DNA from: Acidimicrobiales bacterium
GTDB taxonomy: Bacteria > Actinomycetota > Acidimicrobiia > Acidimicrobiales > RAAP-2
Direction of reading: 5' to 3'
NCBI GenBank assembly: GCA_052143315.1
Contig: JBKQTE010000092.1
Span: 47,159-71,158 of the forward strand
DNA: 24,000 nt
In this document: positions 1 to 9,011 of the stretch, piece by piece
Position numbering within the stretch: position 1 is the first letter of the stretch
Layout: each line of letters begins with the position of its first letter
The notes under the pieces: generated by a model
Databases searched by the model: none
Told to the model about the DNA's origin: nothing
Seen by the model: only the letters and a program-made list of their open reading frames with translations
Made by a program: the position numbers and the translations under genes

Positions 1-1176
1 TGCCACGCCGCCATCGTCACCCGCGAGCTGGGCGTGCCCTGCGTGGTCGGAACCCGCACGGCGACCACGGTGCTGCGGGACGGCGAGGTGGTCACCGTCG
101 ACGGCGCCCACGGGCAGGTGCTCGAGGGGGCTCAGGCGCGACCTCCGGCCCAGGCGGCGTCGGCCTCGGACACCGGCGCACCGGCCACCCGCCTCGAGGC
201 GACGGGAGAGCTCGCCACCCGCCTGTACGTGAACCTGGCCGTGGCCGAGCACGCCGAGGAAGTGGCTGCGCAGGACGTCGACGGGGTCGGCCTGCTGCGG
301 GCCGAGTTCATGGTGGCCGACGCCCTCGGCGGGGTCCATCCCCGGCTCCTCCTCCAACGGGACGAGCAGCAGACGTTCGTCGACAAGATGGCCGAGTCCC
401 TGCTGCAGATCACCCGGGCCTTCGAACCCCGCCCCGTGGTGTACCGGAGCATCGACTTCCGCAGCAACGAGTTCCGGGGCCTCGAGGGGGGCGACCAGTT
501 CGAGCCTCATGAGGACAACCCGATGATCGGCTACCGGGGATGCTACCGGTACGTCGATCAGCCCGACCTGTTCCGCCTCGAGCTGGACGTCCTCGCCCAG
601 GTGGCGGCGCAGACCCCCAACCTGCGCCTGATGATCCCCTTCGTGCGTACCGCCTGGGAGCTGGAGCGCTGCCTCGACATCGTCGAGGACCATCCCGGGG
701 CGCGCCGGCTTCCGGTGTGGGTGATGGCTGAGGTTCCCTCCGTGGCCTACTGGATCCCCACCTACGCCCGCATGGGCATCGAGGGGGTGTCCATCGGCAG
801 CAACGATCTCACCCAGCTCACCCTCGGCGTGGACCGGGACTCCGTGGTGCTGGCCGAGCTGTTCGACGAGGCGGACCCCGCCGTCCTCGACTCCATCTCG
901 CGGATCGTCCGGGCGTGCCAGGACTCGGGGATCACCTCGTCGTTGTGTGGCCAGGCTCCTTCGAACCGGCCCGAGTTCGCCGAGTTCCTGATACGGCTGG
1001 GCATCACCTCGGTGTCGGTGAACCCCGACGTGGCCCCGGCGGTGCGCCACACCATGGCCGCCGCCGAGCGGCGCCTCCTGCTCGAGGCGGCCGACCCCCG
1101 TCGCACCCCCCGGGAGACGGCACCGACCCCGATCCATCCCCTCTCCCGTCGGTACAGCGCCCGCCCCGCCGACTGA
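1..1176 (+). CDS. ppsA: Phosphoenolpyruvate synthase (pyruvate, water dikinase), 3' portion; 5' end lies upstream of the window
   Basis: Frame 1 is open from nt 1 and reads [18 protein letters not shown] (phospho-His swivel motif; His codon nt 4-6). PEP/pyruvate TIM-barrel motifs follow: [25 protein letters not shown] and SSLCGQAPS. Stop at 1174-1176. The track ORF starts at 34 only because that is the first Met. Confidence 0.85.
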   Translation, partial: CHAAIVTRELGVPCVVGTRTATTVLRDGEVVTVDGAHGQVLEGAQARPPAQAASASDTGAPATRLEATGELATRLYVNLAVAEHAEEVAAQDVDGVGLLRAEFMVADALGGVHPRLLLQRDEQQTFVDKMAESLLQITRAFEPRPVVYRSIDFRSNEFRGLEGGDQFEPHEDNPMIGYRGCYRYVDQPDLFRLELDVLAQVAAQTPNLRLMIPFVRTAWELERCLDIVEDHPGARRLPVWVMAEVPSVAYWIPTYARMGIEGVSIGSNDLTQLTLGVDRDSVVLAELFDEADPAVLDSISRIVRACQDSGITSSLCGQAPSNRPEFAEFLIRLGITSVSVNPDVAPAVRHTMAAAERRLLLEAADPRRTPRETAPTPIHPLSRRYSARPAD

Positions 1177-1222
1177 TCGGCCGCAAGTGGGACGTTCGGC
1201 CCTACCACCGCCGGCCCGGACC

Positions 1223-1251
1223 GGAGCACCATGGTTCCGGTGGGGTGCTCC
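1223..1251 (+). other. GC-rich hairpin in the ppsA-gap spacer (possible terminator/attenuator)
   Basis: GGAGCACC (1223-1230) is the reverse complement of GGTGCTCC (1244-1251), with a 13-nt loop. It lies 47 nt after the ppsA stop and 28 nt before the gap ATG. No U-tract. Confidence 0.25.
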
Positions 1252-1278
1252 CATCGCACCGCACGAGAGGAGCAGGCG

Positions 1279-2292
1279 ATGACGGTACGGTTGGCGATCA
1301 ACGGGTTCGGGCGCACCGGACGGGCGCTGCTCCGCTCGGTGCTGGCCTCCCATCCCGAGATCGCGGTGGTGGCCATCAACGACCTCGGGGCGCCAGCTGC
1401 CCTGGCCCGACTGTTCGCCCGGGACTCGGTGCACGGCCGCTACCCCGAACCGGTGACGGTGGAAGGCACCACCATGGTGGTGGGCGAACGCCGGATCCCC
1501 CTCCTCGCCGAGCCCGACCCCAAGGCGCTCCCCTGGGGCGAGCTGGGGGTCGATGTCGTCGTCGAGTCCACCGGCAAGGGCACCAGCCGCGACAAGGCGG
1601 CGGCGCACCTCGATGCCGGCGCCACCCGGGTGGTGATCTCAGCGCCGGCCAAGGATCCCGATGCCACCTTCGTCATCGGGGTCAACGAGGAGCAGTTCGA
1701 CCCGGACCACGACTACATCATCTCCAACGCGTCGTGCACGACCAACTGCCTGGCCGTCCTGGCCAAGGTACTGGATGACGCCTTCGGCATCGAGGACGGC
1801 TTCATGACCACCGTGCACGCCTACACCGGGGACCAACAGCTGACCGACGCCCTGCACAAGGATCCCCGGAGGTCACGGGCGGCGGCCATCAACATCGTGC
1901 CGACCACCACCGGGGCGGCACGGGCCACCGGCCTGGTGCTCCCGTCCGTCAACGGCGTCCTCGACGGACTGGCGCTCCGGGTGCCGGTGCCGGACGCCTC
2001 GATCGTCGACCTGGTCGCCAACGTGCGCACCGAGACCACCGTCGACGATGTCAAGGCCGCCTACCGGGGCGCGGCGGACTCCGGTCGTCTGGCCGGCCTG
2101 CTCGAGTACTCCGAGGAGGCCCTCGTCTCCACGGACATCATCGGGTCCTCGGCGTCGTGCGTCTTCGACTCCGACCTGACCATGGTCCACGGGCGCCTGG
2201 TCAAGGTGCTCGGCTGGTACGACAACGAGTCGGGCTACTCGAGCCGGCTCGCCGATCTGGCCGCCATCGTCGGCGCCGCCACCCCCCGCTGA
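1279..2292 (+). CDS. gap: Glyceraldehyde-3-phosphate dehydrogenase (type I)
   Basis: MTVRLAINGFGRTGR NAD-binding N-terminus, catalytic SNASCTTNC motif, and WYDNESGYS near the C-terminus. ATG at 1279 is preceded by GAGAGGAG (1265-1272). The track ORF from 1231 adds 16 residues that do not look conserved. Confidence 0.93.
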   Translation: MTVRLAINGFGRTGRALLRSVLASHPEIAVVAINDLGAPAALARLFARDSVHGRYPEPVTVEGTTMVVGERRIPLLAEPDPKALPWGELGVDVVVESTGKGTSRDKAAAHLDAGATRVVISAPAKDPDATFVIGVNEEQFDPDHDYIISNASCTTNCLAVLAKVLDDAFGIEDGFMTTVHAYTGDQQLTDALHKDPRRSRAAAINIVPTTTGAARATGLVLPSVNGVLDGLALRVPVPDASIVDLVANVRTETTVDDVKAAYRGAADSGRLAGLLEYSEEALVSTDIIGSSASCVFDSDLTMVHGRLVKVLGWYDNESGYSSRLADLAAIVGAATPR

Positions 2293-2320
2293 CCGGTCGA
2301 CGAGGATCCGAGCCGCCACC

Positions 2321-2911
2321 ATGTTCCAGATACGCATCCACGGGCGAGGGGGCCAGGGTGTGGTCACCGCGGCCGAGGTGCTGTCGATGGCCGCCTTCGA
2401 CGAGGGGCGCCACGCCCAGGCGTTCCCGAGCTTCGGGTCCGAGCGCATGGGTGCCCCGGTCGTCGCCTTCTGCCGGATCGACGAGCGGCCCATCCGCAGT
2501 CGCGAGCCGGTGATGGAGCCCGACGCCCTGATCATCCAGGACGTCACCCTCGTCCACCAGGTCGACCTCTTCGCCGGCGTGTCGCCCGAGGCCTACGTCC
2601 TGGTGAACACCACCCGGAGCCTCGACGCCCTCGGGCTCGGCGAGGTCGCCCGCCACCTCCACCCCGAGCGCCTGCGCAACTGCCCGGCGACCGAGATCGC
2701 CCTCGCCGAGATCGGCCGGCCGGTACCCAACGCCGCGCTGATCGCCGGGTTCGCCGCCCTGACCGGCCAGATCTCCCTGGCCTCAGTCGAGCAGGCGCTC
2801 CGTCAGCGGTTCCCCGGCCCGATGGGCGAGCGCAACGTCGCCGCCGCCGATGCCGCCTATCACTACGTGATGCAACCGCAAGTCGAGCAGGCACATGCTG
2901 CGACAGATTGA
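2321..2911 (+). CDS. porG: Pyruvate/2-oxoacid:ferredoxin oxidoreductase, gamma subunit
   Basis: The N-terminus MFQIRIHGRGGQGVVTAAEVLSMAAF...SFGSERMGAPV matches the GRGGQG / ERxG signature of POR/KOR gamma subunits. The 196-aa size is typical. Starts 29 nt after gap. Confidence 0.85.
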   Translation: MFQIRIHGRGGQGVVTAAEVLSMAAFDEGRHAQAFPSFGSERMGAPVVAFCRIDERPIRSREPVMEPDALIIQDVTLVHQVDLFAGVSPEAYVLVNTTRSLDALGLGEVARHLHPERLRNCPATEIALAEIGRPVPNAALIAGFAALTGQISLASVEQALRQRFPGPMGERNVAAADAAYHYVMQPQVEQAHAATD

Positions 2912-4154
2912 GGGCTCACGGGCGGTGGCCGAGACGGTGGCCCACTGCCGGCCCGAGGTGGTCTGCGCCTATCCCATCTCCCCCCAGACCCACATCATCG
3001 AGGCGGTCGGCGCCATGGTCAAGGCCGGCGCCCTGTCTCCGTGCGAGTTCATCAACGTCGAGTCGGAGTTCGCGGCGATGTCGGTGTCCATCGGTGCCTC
3101 GGCGGCCGGGGCACGCGCCTACACCGCCACCGCCAGCCAGGGCCTGCTGTTCATGATGGAGGCCGTCTACAGCGCCTCCGGCCTGGGGCTTCCCATCGTG
3201 ATGACCCTGGCCAACCGGGCCATCGGAGCTCCCATCAACATCTGGAACGACCACAGCGACGCCATGGCGGTGCGCGACTCCGGGTGGGTCCAGCTGTTCG
3301 CCGAGACCAATCAGGAAGCCGCCGATCTCCATGTCCAGGCGTTCGTGATCGCCGAGCGGCTCTCCCTGCCGGTGATGGTCTGCATGGACGGCTTCATCCT
3401 CACCCATGCGGTCGAAGGCATCGACGTCCCCGAGCAGGCCGACGTCGACGCCTTCCTCCCGCCCTTCCGGCCACGCCAGGTGCTCGACCCCGACGATCCG
3501 GTCTCGATCGGGGCCATGGTCGGGCCCGAGGCGTTCGAGGAGGTGCGCTACCTGGCCCATCTCCGCCAGCTGGAGGCCCTCGACCTGATCCCCACGGTGT
3601 CGTCCGACTTCGCCGAACGTTTCGGCCGCCAGAGCGGGGGGCTGGTGCGGACCTACCGCACCGAGGACGCCGACACGGTGGTGGTGGCGCTCGGATCGGT
3701 GCTGGGCACCATCAAGGACGCGGTGGACGCCCGCCGCGATGCCGGCGACCGCCTGGGGGTGGTGGGGATCACCGCCTTCCGGCCGTTCCCCCGGGACGCG
3801 GTCCACCAGGCGCTGTCCGGGGCCCGACGCATCGTGGTGGTGGAGAAGGCGTTCAGTGTCGGGTTCGGGGGCGTGCTCTCCACCGACGTGGCCATGGCTA
3901 CCCACGAGACGGGGGGCTCGCTGCGGACCGTGGTGGCCGGGCTCGGCGGCCGCCCGATCACCCGCCTGTCCCTCGAGACGATGCTGGCCGATGCCTGCGG
4001 GGACCGACTCGGGCCCCTCACCTTCCTCGACCTCGACACCGGGATCGTCGAGCGTGAACAGGCGCGCATGGCCGCCGCCGAGCGGCCGGGCCCCTCCGCC
4101 GAGTACGTCCTCCGCGACCTCGCCTCCCGCCCGGCCGGGTCGGTGCAGCCATGA
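2895..4154 (+). CDS. porA: Pyruvate/2-oxoacid:ferredoxin oxidoreductase, alpha subunit
   Basis: The N-terminus IEGSRAVAETVAHCRPEVVCAYPISPQTHIIE matches the GNEAVA...YPITPQT-type alpha-subunit signature. 419 aa. Overlaps the porG end by 17 nt. Confidence 0.85.
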   Translation: MLRQIEGSRAVAETVAHCRPEVVCAYPISPQTHIIEAVGAMVKAGALSPCEFINVESEFAAMSVSIGASAAGARAYTATASQGLLFMMEAVYSASGLGLPIVMTLANRAIGAPINIWNDHSDAMAVRDSGWVQLFAETNQEAADLHVQAFVIAERLSLPVMVCMDGFILTHAVEGIDVPEQADVDAFLPPFRPRQVLDPDDPVSIGAMVGPEAFEEVRYLAHLRQLEALDLIPTVSSDFAERFGRQSGGLVRTYRTEDADTVVVALGSVLGTIKDAVDARRDAGDRLGVVGITAFRPFPRDAVHQALSGARRIVVVEKAFSVGFGGVLSTDVAMATHETGGSLRTVVAGLGGRPITRLSLETMLADACGDRLGPLTFLDLDTGIVEREQARMAAAERPGPSAEYVLRDLASRPAGSVQP

Positions 4155-5179
4155 CCGGGGTGCCGGTGCGCTTCTACCAGGTCGGGAGCTTCGCCGTCGG
4201 CAACCGGCTGCTCCACCCGGAGGATCGGACCGTCCAGTCGGATCCCGACCGCACCAACTCCCTGGACTCCGGACACCGCGCCTGCCAGGGGTGTGGCGAG
4301 GCCCTGGGTGCCCGCTACGCCCTCGATGCCGCCATGCGGGCCACCGGGGGCCGGCTGATGGCCGTGAACGCCACCGGGTGCCTGGAGGTGTTCTCCACCC
4401 CCTACCCGCAGACGTCGTGGCGGATCGCCTGGCTCCACTCGCTCTTCGGCAACGCCCCGGCGGTCGCCACCGGGGTGGCGGCGGCCATGAAGGTGAAGGG
4501 GCGCGCCGACGTCCGGGTGATCGGTCAGGCCGGCGACGGCGGGACGGTCGACATCGGCTTCGGCTGCCTGTCGGGAATGTTCGAGCGCAACGACGACGTG
4601 CTCTTCATCTGCTACGACAACGAGGCCTACATGAACACCGGCGTGCAGCGCTCCGGGGCAACACCTCCGGCGGCCCGGACGGCCACCACCGAGGCGGTGG
4701 GCAGCCAACCGGGGAACGTCTTCGGACAGGGGAAGGACCTTCCCCGCCTGGCCATGGCCCACGACATCCCCTATGTCGCCACCGCCACCGTCGCCGACCT
4801 CCACGACCTCGAGGGCAAGGTCGAGCGGGCCATGGACATCCACGGTGCCCGCTACCTGCACATCCTCGTCCCCTGCCCGCTCGGATGGGGCACCGCCTCG
4901 TGCGACACCATACGGGTGGCGCGACTCGCCCAGGAGACCGGGCTCTTCCCGGTGCTCGAAGCCGAGCACGGTCGGGTGACCTCGGTGTCCCCGATCCGCC
5001 ACCGGGTGCCGGTGGAGGAGTACCTGTCGATCCAACGCCGCTACGCCCACCTCTTCGGTGAACATCCGAGCGTGGAGGTGATCGCCCGGATCCAGGCGAT
5101 GGCCGACCACAACATCGCCAGGTACGGGCTCGACCCCCACCAGGTCGGCGATGCCGAACCGGAGGCGGGACGTCCGTGA
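4151..5179 (+). CDS. porB: Pyruvate/2-oxoacid:ferredoxin oxidoreductase, beta (ThDP-binding) subunit
   Basis: HRACQGCGE cluster-ligand motif and ThDP motif GDGGTVDIGFGCLSGMFERNDDVLFICYDNEAYMNTG. ATGA overlap with the porA stop (ATG 4151, TGA 4152-4154). Confidence 0.88.
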   Translation: MTGVPVRFYQVGSFAVGNRLLHPEDRTVQSDPDRTNSLDSGHRACQGCGEALGARYALDAAMRATGGRLMAVNATGCLEVFSTPYPQTSWRIAWLHSLFGNAPAVATGVAAAMKVKGRADVRVIGQAGDGGTVDIGFGCLSGMFERNDDVLFICYDNEAYMNTGVQRSGATPPAARTATTEAVGSQPGNVFGQGKDLPRLAMAHDIPYVATATVADLHDLEGKVERAMDIHGARYLHILVPCPLGWGTASCDTIRVARLAQETGLFPVLEAEHGRVTSVSPIRHRVPVEEYLSIQRRYAHLFGEHPSVEVIARIQAMADHNIARYGLDPHQVGDAEPEAGRP

Positions 5180-6804
5180 TCGAGCGCCCGTTCGCCATCA
5201 CCCTCGACGTCGGGTCGAGCCATGCCAACCACACCGGCTCGTGGCGCGTGGAGCGACCCGTGTACGTCGACCGCCTGCCGCCGTGCAGCAACGCCTGCCC
5301 GGCGGGCGAGAGCGTCCAGCAGTGGCTGTACCAGGCCGAGCCCGGCGACTACCAGGCGGCATGGCGGGCGCTGGTCGAGGACAACCCGTTCCCCGCGGTG
5401 ATGGGTCGAATCTGCTACCACCCGTGCGAGACGGCCTGCAACCGCGCCCAACTCGACGATGCCGTCGGGATCAACGCCGTCGAGCGGTTCCTGGGCGACC
5501 TGGCCATCCAGCGTGGCTGGAAACTGCCCCCCGCCGGTACGGAGACCGGCAGGCGCGTCCTCGTGATCGGTGCCGGACCCGCGGGGCTCAGCTGCGCCTA
5601 CCATCTGCGCCGGCTCGGTCACGGCGTCCGTCTGGTCGACTCGGCGAACGCGCTCGGAGGCATGATGCGCTACGGCATCCCCGCCTACCGGCTCCCCCGG
5701 GCGATCCTCGATGCCGAGATCGACCGGATCGTCGCCCTCGGCGTCGATGTCGGCCTCGGGCACACCGTCGAGGACGTCGAGTCCGAACGGGTAGAAGGCG
5801 GCTTCGATGCCGTCTTCCTGGCAGTGGGAGCGCAGTTGGCACGGCGCGTCGACATCCCCTCGGGCGACTCCACCCAGGTGCTCGACGCCCTGTCGCTGCT
5901 CCGCCAGGTGGCAGACGACGATCCCCCCCTGCTCGGGCGTCGCGTGGCCGTCTACGGCGGCGGTGACACCGCCCTCGACGCCGCCCGCACGGCACGACGG
6001 CTCGGGGCCACCGAGGCCGTCGTCGTCTACCGTCGCAACCGCGAACGCATGCCCGCCCACGGCGACGAGCTGGCGGAGGCCCTCGCCGAAGGGGTCACGG
6101 TTCGTTGGCTCTCCATCGTGAACCGGGTCGACCAGGGTCACCTGGTCCTCGAGAAGGTGCGGCTCGACGACGACGGGTTTCCCGTGCCCACCGGCGAGCT
6201 CGAGGAGCTCGATGCCGACTCGCTGGTGCTGGCGTTGGGCCAGGACACCGATCTGTCGCTCCTCGATCGGGCCGGGGACGTAACCGTCGAGGACGGCGTC
6301 GTCCAGGTCCACCCGACGATGATGACCGACGAGGATGGCGTCTTCGCCGGAGGCGATTCGGTCCCGTCGCCGCGCACGGCCACCGTGGCCATCGGCCACG
6401 GGAGGCGGGCGGCGGGCGGCATCGACGCCTTCCTGTCCGGCCGGCCGGACGTCGATTCCCCGCCCTCCGAGCTCGCCACCTTCGAACGCCTCAACACCTG
6501 GTACTTCGCCGATGCACCACCCACCCGGCGCCCGGAGCTGGAGCAGGCGCGGCGGGTGAGCACCTTCGACGAGGTCGTCGGCGGTCTCACCGAGGAGAAC
6601 GCGCTGTTCGAGGCCCGACGCTGCCTCTCGTGCGGGAACTGCTTCGAGTGTGACAACTGCTTCGGCGTCTGCCCGGACAACGCGGTGATCAAGCTGGGAC
6701 CGGGACAGCGCTACCGGTTCGACCTCGACTTCTGCAAAGGGTGCGGCATCTGCGCCCAGGAGTGCCCGTGCGGTGCCATCGACATGGTCCCCGAGGACAC
6801 CTGA
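5176..6804 (+). CDS. GltD-like (glutamate synthase small-subunit family) NAD(P)H-dependent flavin oxidoreductase fused to a C-terminal 2x[4Fe-4S] ferredoxin domain; probable electron-transfer partner of the POR
   Basis: N-terminal HTGSWRVERPVYVD resembles the TGxWRxxRP leader of POR delta subunits. This is followed by the GltD-type PPCSNACPAGE...NPFPAVMGRICYHPCETACNR. Dinucleotide folds VLVIGAGPAGLSCAYHL and VAVYGGGDTALDAARTA are present. The C-terminus has CFECDNCFGVCP and CKGCGICAQECP (two CxxCxxCxxxCP motifs). GTG 5176 overlaps the porB TGA (GTGA), with GGAGG at 5161-5165. Confidence 0.8.
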   Translation: MIERPFAITLDVGSSHANHTGSWRVERPVYVDRLPPCSNACPAGESVQQWLYQAEPGDYQAAWRALVEDNPFPAVMGRICYHPCETACNRAQLDDAVGINAVERFLGDLAIQRGWKLPPAGTETGRRVLVIGAGPAGLSCAYHLRRLGHGVRLVDSANALGGMMRYGIPAYRLPRAILDAEIDRIVALGVDVGLGHTVEDVESERVEGGFDAVFLAVGAQLARRVDIPSGDSTQVLDALSLLRQVADDDPPLLGRRVAVYGGGDTALDAARTARRLGATEAVVVYRRNRERMPAHGDELAEALAEGVTVRWLSIVNRVDQGHLVLEKVRLDDDGFPVPTGELEELDADSLVLALGQDTDLSLLDRAGDVTVEDGVVQVHPTMMTDEDGVFAGGDSVPSPRTATVAIGHGRRAAGGIDAFLSGRPDVDSPPSELATFERLNTWYFADAPPTRRPELEQARRVSTFDEVVGGLTEENALFEARRCLSCGNCFECDNCFGVCPDNAVIKLGPGQRYRFDLDFCKGCGICAQECPCGAIDMVPEDT

Positions 6805-6849
6805 GCCTGCACCGAACGACCACCCTTGTCCAGTGACCTTCGGCCCTGT

Positions 6850-6866
6850 CCGCCCGAACGGGGCGG
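6850..6866 (+). terminator. Weak candidate hairpin downstream of the por block
   Basis: CCGCCC (6850-6855) pairs with GGGCGG (6861-6866), with a 5-nt loop, about 46 nt after the stop at 6804. The stem is only 6 bp and there is no U-tract. Confidence 0.2.
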
Positions 6867-6973
6867 GAGCATGATGATCTGATGGTCACCAAGCACCTGC
6901 CGAGCGTGCCCGCCCCAGGGGCTGTCAGCGGGCGCTCACCGCACCGCCCACCGGTCTCGACGGGATCCGCCCG

Positions 6974-8092
6974 ATGACCTTCTTCGATCTCATCATCCGG
7001 AACCTGTGGTCGAGGAAGGCCCGATCGATCGGGCTGGCATGTGCCGTCGCCATCGCCGTGATGGCGGTGGTCACACTGGCCGTCACCAGCAGCGGCCTCG
7101 AGCAGTCGGCGGCGGCGGTCATATCGGTGGGGAAGGCCGACTTCACGGTGGTGCAGAAGGGGGTGTCGGACACCTTGTCCAGCACCATCGACCGACAGGA
7201 GCTGGACCGTCTGAGCCAGACCCCGGGCGTAGCCAGCGCCGTGGGGGTGCTGGTCGAGACCGAGCACATCAACGCCGACAACCCCGTCTTCATCGAGATC
7301 GGGATCAATCCGGCCGACCTGGCGCCGTTCGGCGTGACCGTGGTGAAGGGAACCTCGTACTCGCCCACCGCCACCAACCAGGTCATGCTGGGGTGGCGGG
7401 CGGCGGCCAACTTCGGCCTGCAGGTCGGGGACCAATTCCACGCCAACGGGACCTGGAACACGGTGGTCGGCATCTACTCGACGGGGAACTCGTTCGGCGA
7501 CGCGGGAGCCATGTTCCCCCTCCCCGCCATCCAGGGGTACAACCGGGTGCCGGGGATCGTCACCCTGGCCTTCGTCAAGGTCGAGCCCGGCGTCTCGGCC
7601 CAGGCGGTGGCGACCCGCGTCGATGAAGATCAGCCGGAGCTCACCACCATCCGCACCGCCGCCCAGTTCGGGAGGGCCGATCGCGACCTGGTCTACCTGC
7701 AGGCGGCAGTCAACGGGAGCACGGTGCTGGCCATCGTCATCGGAGCCGTCATCGTGGGCGACACCATGCTTCTGTCGCTGTACGAACGGACCCGTGAGTT
7801 CGGGCTGCTCCGGTCGATCGGCTGGACCCGTCGTCGAACCGTCGGCCTGTTGCTGGGGGAGAGCCTGTTGCTGGCGGTGGTGGGTGCGGCCATCGGCGTC
7901 GGGCTGTCGTTCGCGGTGGCCACCGGACTGGCCCACCTTCCGGCCCTGAACGGGATCCTCCACCCCGACTTCACCGCCGGGGCGTTCTGGAGAGCGCTGT
8001 TCACCGCCCTCGTGATGACCTTCATCGGAGCGCTCTACCCGACGACGCGAGCTGCCATTCTCTCGCCGCTCAAGGCCCTCAGCTATGAGTGA
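6974..8092 (+). CDS. ABC transporter permease, FtsX/MacB-like
   Basis: N-terminal TM helix (SIGLACAVAIAVMAVVTLAV), a ~220-aa extracytoplasmic segment, then three C-terminal TM helices with the FtsX-type ERTREFGLLRSIGWTRR loop. Overlaps the downstream ATPase gene by 8 nt. Confidence 0.8.
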   Translation: MTFFDLIIRNLWSRKARSIGLACAVAIAVMAVVTLAVTSSGLEQSAAAVISVGKADFTVVQKGVSDTLSSTIDRQELDRLSQTPGVASAVGVLVETEHINADNPVFIEIGINPADLAPFGVTVVKGTSYSPTATNQVMLGWRAAANFGLQVGDQFHANGTWNTVVGIYSTGNSFGDAGAMFPLPAIQGYNRVPGIVTLAFVKVEPGVSAQAVATRVDEDQPELTTIRTAAQFGRADRDLVYLQAAVNGSTVLAIVIGAVIVGDTMLLSLYERTREFGLLRSIGWTRRRTVGLLLGESLLLAVVGAAIGVGLSFAVATGLAHLPALNGILHPDFTAGAFWRALFTALVMTFIGALYPTTRAAILSPLKALSYE

Positions 8093-8795
8093 CGCCGTCG
8101 ACGTCCCGCTTGCCGTCGACGCCAGGAAGCTGACCCGCGAGTTCCCGGGCCCGGTCATCGCGCTGTCCGGTGTCGACCTGACGGTGCAGTACGGGGAGAC
8201 GGTCGCCATCACCGGTCCGTCCGGCTGTGGCAAGTCGACGCTGCTCCACCTACTGGCGGCCATCGACTTCCCCACCTCGGGCACCGTGGCCGTCGGCGGG
8301 CACGACCTGAGCCAGGTCGAGGACGTGAGCGCCTTCCGCCGCTACGAGGTCGGTCTGGTGTTCCAGTTCCACAATCTGTTGCCCCAGATCCCCGCCCTCG
8401 CCAACGTCGAACTGCCGATGTTCGGCACCAACCGGTCCGCCCGCCAGCGGGATGACCGTGCCCGCGCGCTGCTGGCCGAGGTCGGCCTCGAGGGACGCGA
8501 GCAACGGCTGCCGACGGAGCTCTCCGGAGGGGAGCGGCAGCGAGTGGCGATCGCCCGCGCCCTGGCCAACCAGCCCAAGGTGCTGCTGGCCGACGAGCCC
8601 ACCGGAAGCCTCGACTCGGCGTCGACCGAGCACTTCCTGGCCCTGCTCGAACGGCTCGGCGCCGCCGGCATGACCATCGTGATGGTGACCCACGACGACG
8701 ACGTGGCGGCCCACGCCCACCGCATCATCGAGATGATCGACGGAGCGGTCGTCGGCGAGCACCTGCCCGGCCCGGCCACCGCCGGCACCGCCTGA
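8085..8795 (+). CDS. ABC transporter ATP-binding protein (LolD/MacB-type)
   Basis: Walker A GPSGCGKST, Q-loop, ABC signature LSGGERQRVAIARAL, Walker B VLLADEPT, H-loop VTHD. Confidence 0.92.
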   Translation: MSDAVDVPLAVDARKLTREFPGPVIALSGVDLTVQYGETVAITGPSGCGKSTLLHLLAAIDFPTSGTVAVGGHDLSQVEDVSAFRRYEVGLVFQFHNLLPQIPALANVELPMFGTNRSARQRDDRARALLAEVGLEGREQRLPTELSGGERQRVAIARALANQPKVLLADEPTGSLDSASTEHFLALLERLGAAGMTIVMVTHDDDVAAHAHRIIEMIDGAVVGEHLPGPATAGTA

Positions 8796-8852
8796 CGTCC
8801 ACCGTCCCCGCCATCCGGCAAGGCCCGGAGCCCAGGAGCGCCGGCGTGCCCC

Positions 8853-9011
8853 CTACCCCTCGGTGAGCTCCTTCACCTCGCTCAACCGATGCTCGAGGCT
8901 GGAGAGCTCCAGGTCGAGCGCCTCCCGGGTGACGGCTGCGTGCTCGAGCTCCTCCAGGCGTCGTTCCAGCTCGTCGATCCGGCTGGACAGCGCCTCGATG
9001 TCGGTGGTCAT
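8853..9011 (-). CDS. 52-aa predicted coiled-coil micro-protein (below the 60-aa cut-off of the ORF track)
   Basis: My translation of the minus strand gives MTTDIEALSSRIDELERRLEELEHAAVTREALDLELSSLEHRLSEVKELTEG, ending in TAG (8853-8855). The ATG (9011-9009) overlaps the upstream gene's TGA as ATGA. GAGGAGGA lies 6-7 nt upstream. Third codon positions are almost all G/C, as in neighbouring genes. Confidence 0.5.
   Translation of the reverse strand: MTTDIEALSSRIDELERRLEELEHAAVTREALDLELSSLEHRLSEVKELTEG

Noticed and set aside
3653-8284. Long minus-strand ORFs antisense to porA/porB, the GltD-like gene and the ABC permease (3653-5140, 5041-6399, 6689-8284), plus the many alternative-frame + ORFs
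   Set aside because: Same reasoning. The sense frames carry ThDP, Fe-S, GxGxxG and FtsX motifs, and the others are Arg/Pro/Gly-rich artefacts of about 70% GC.
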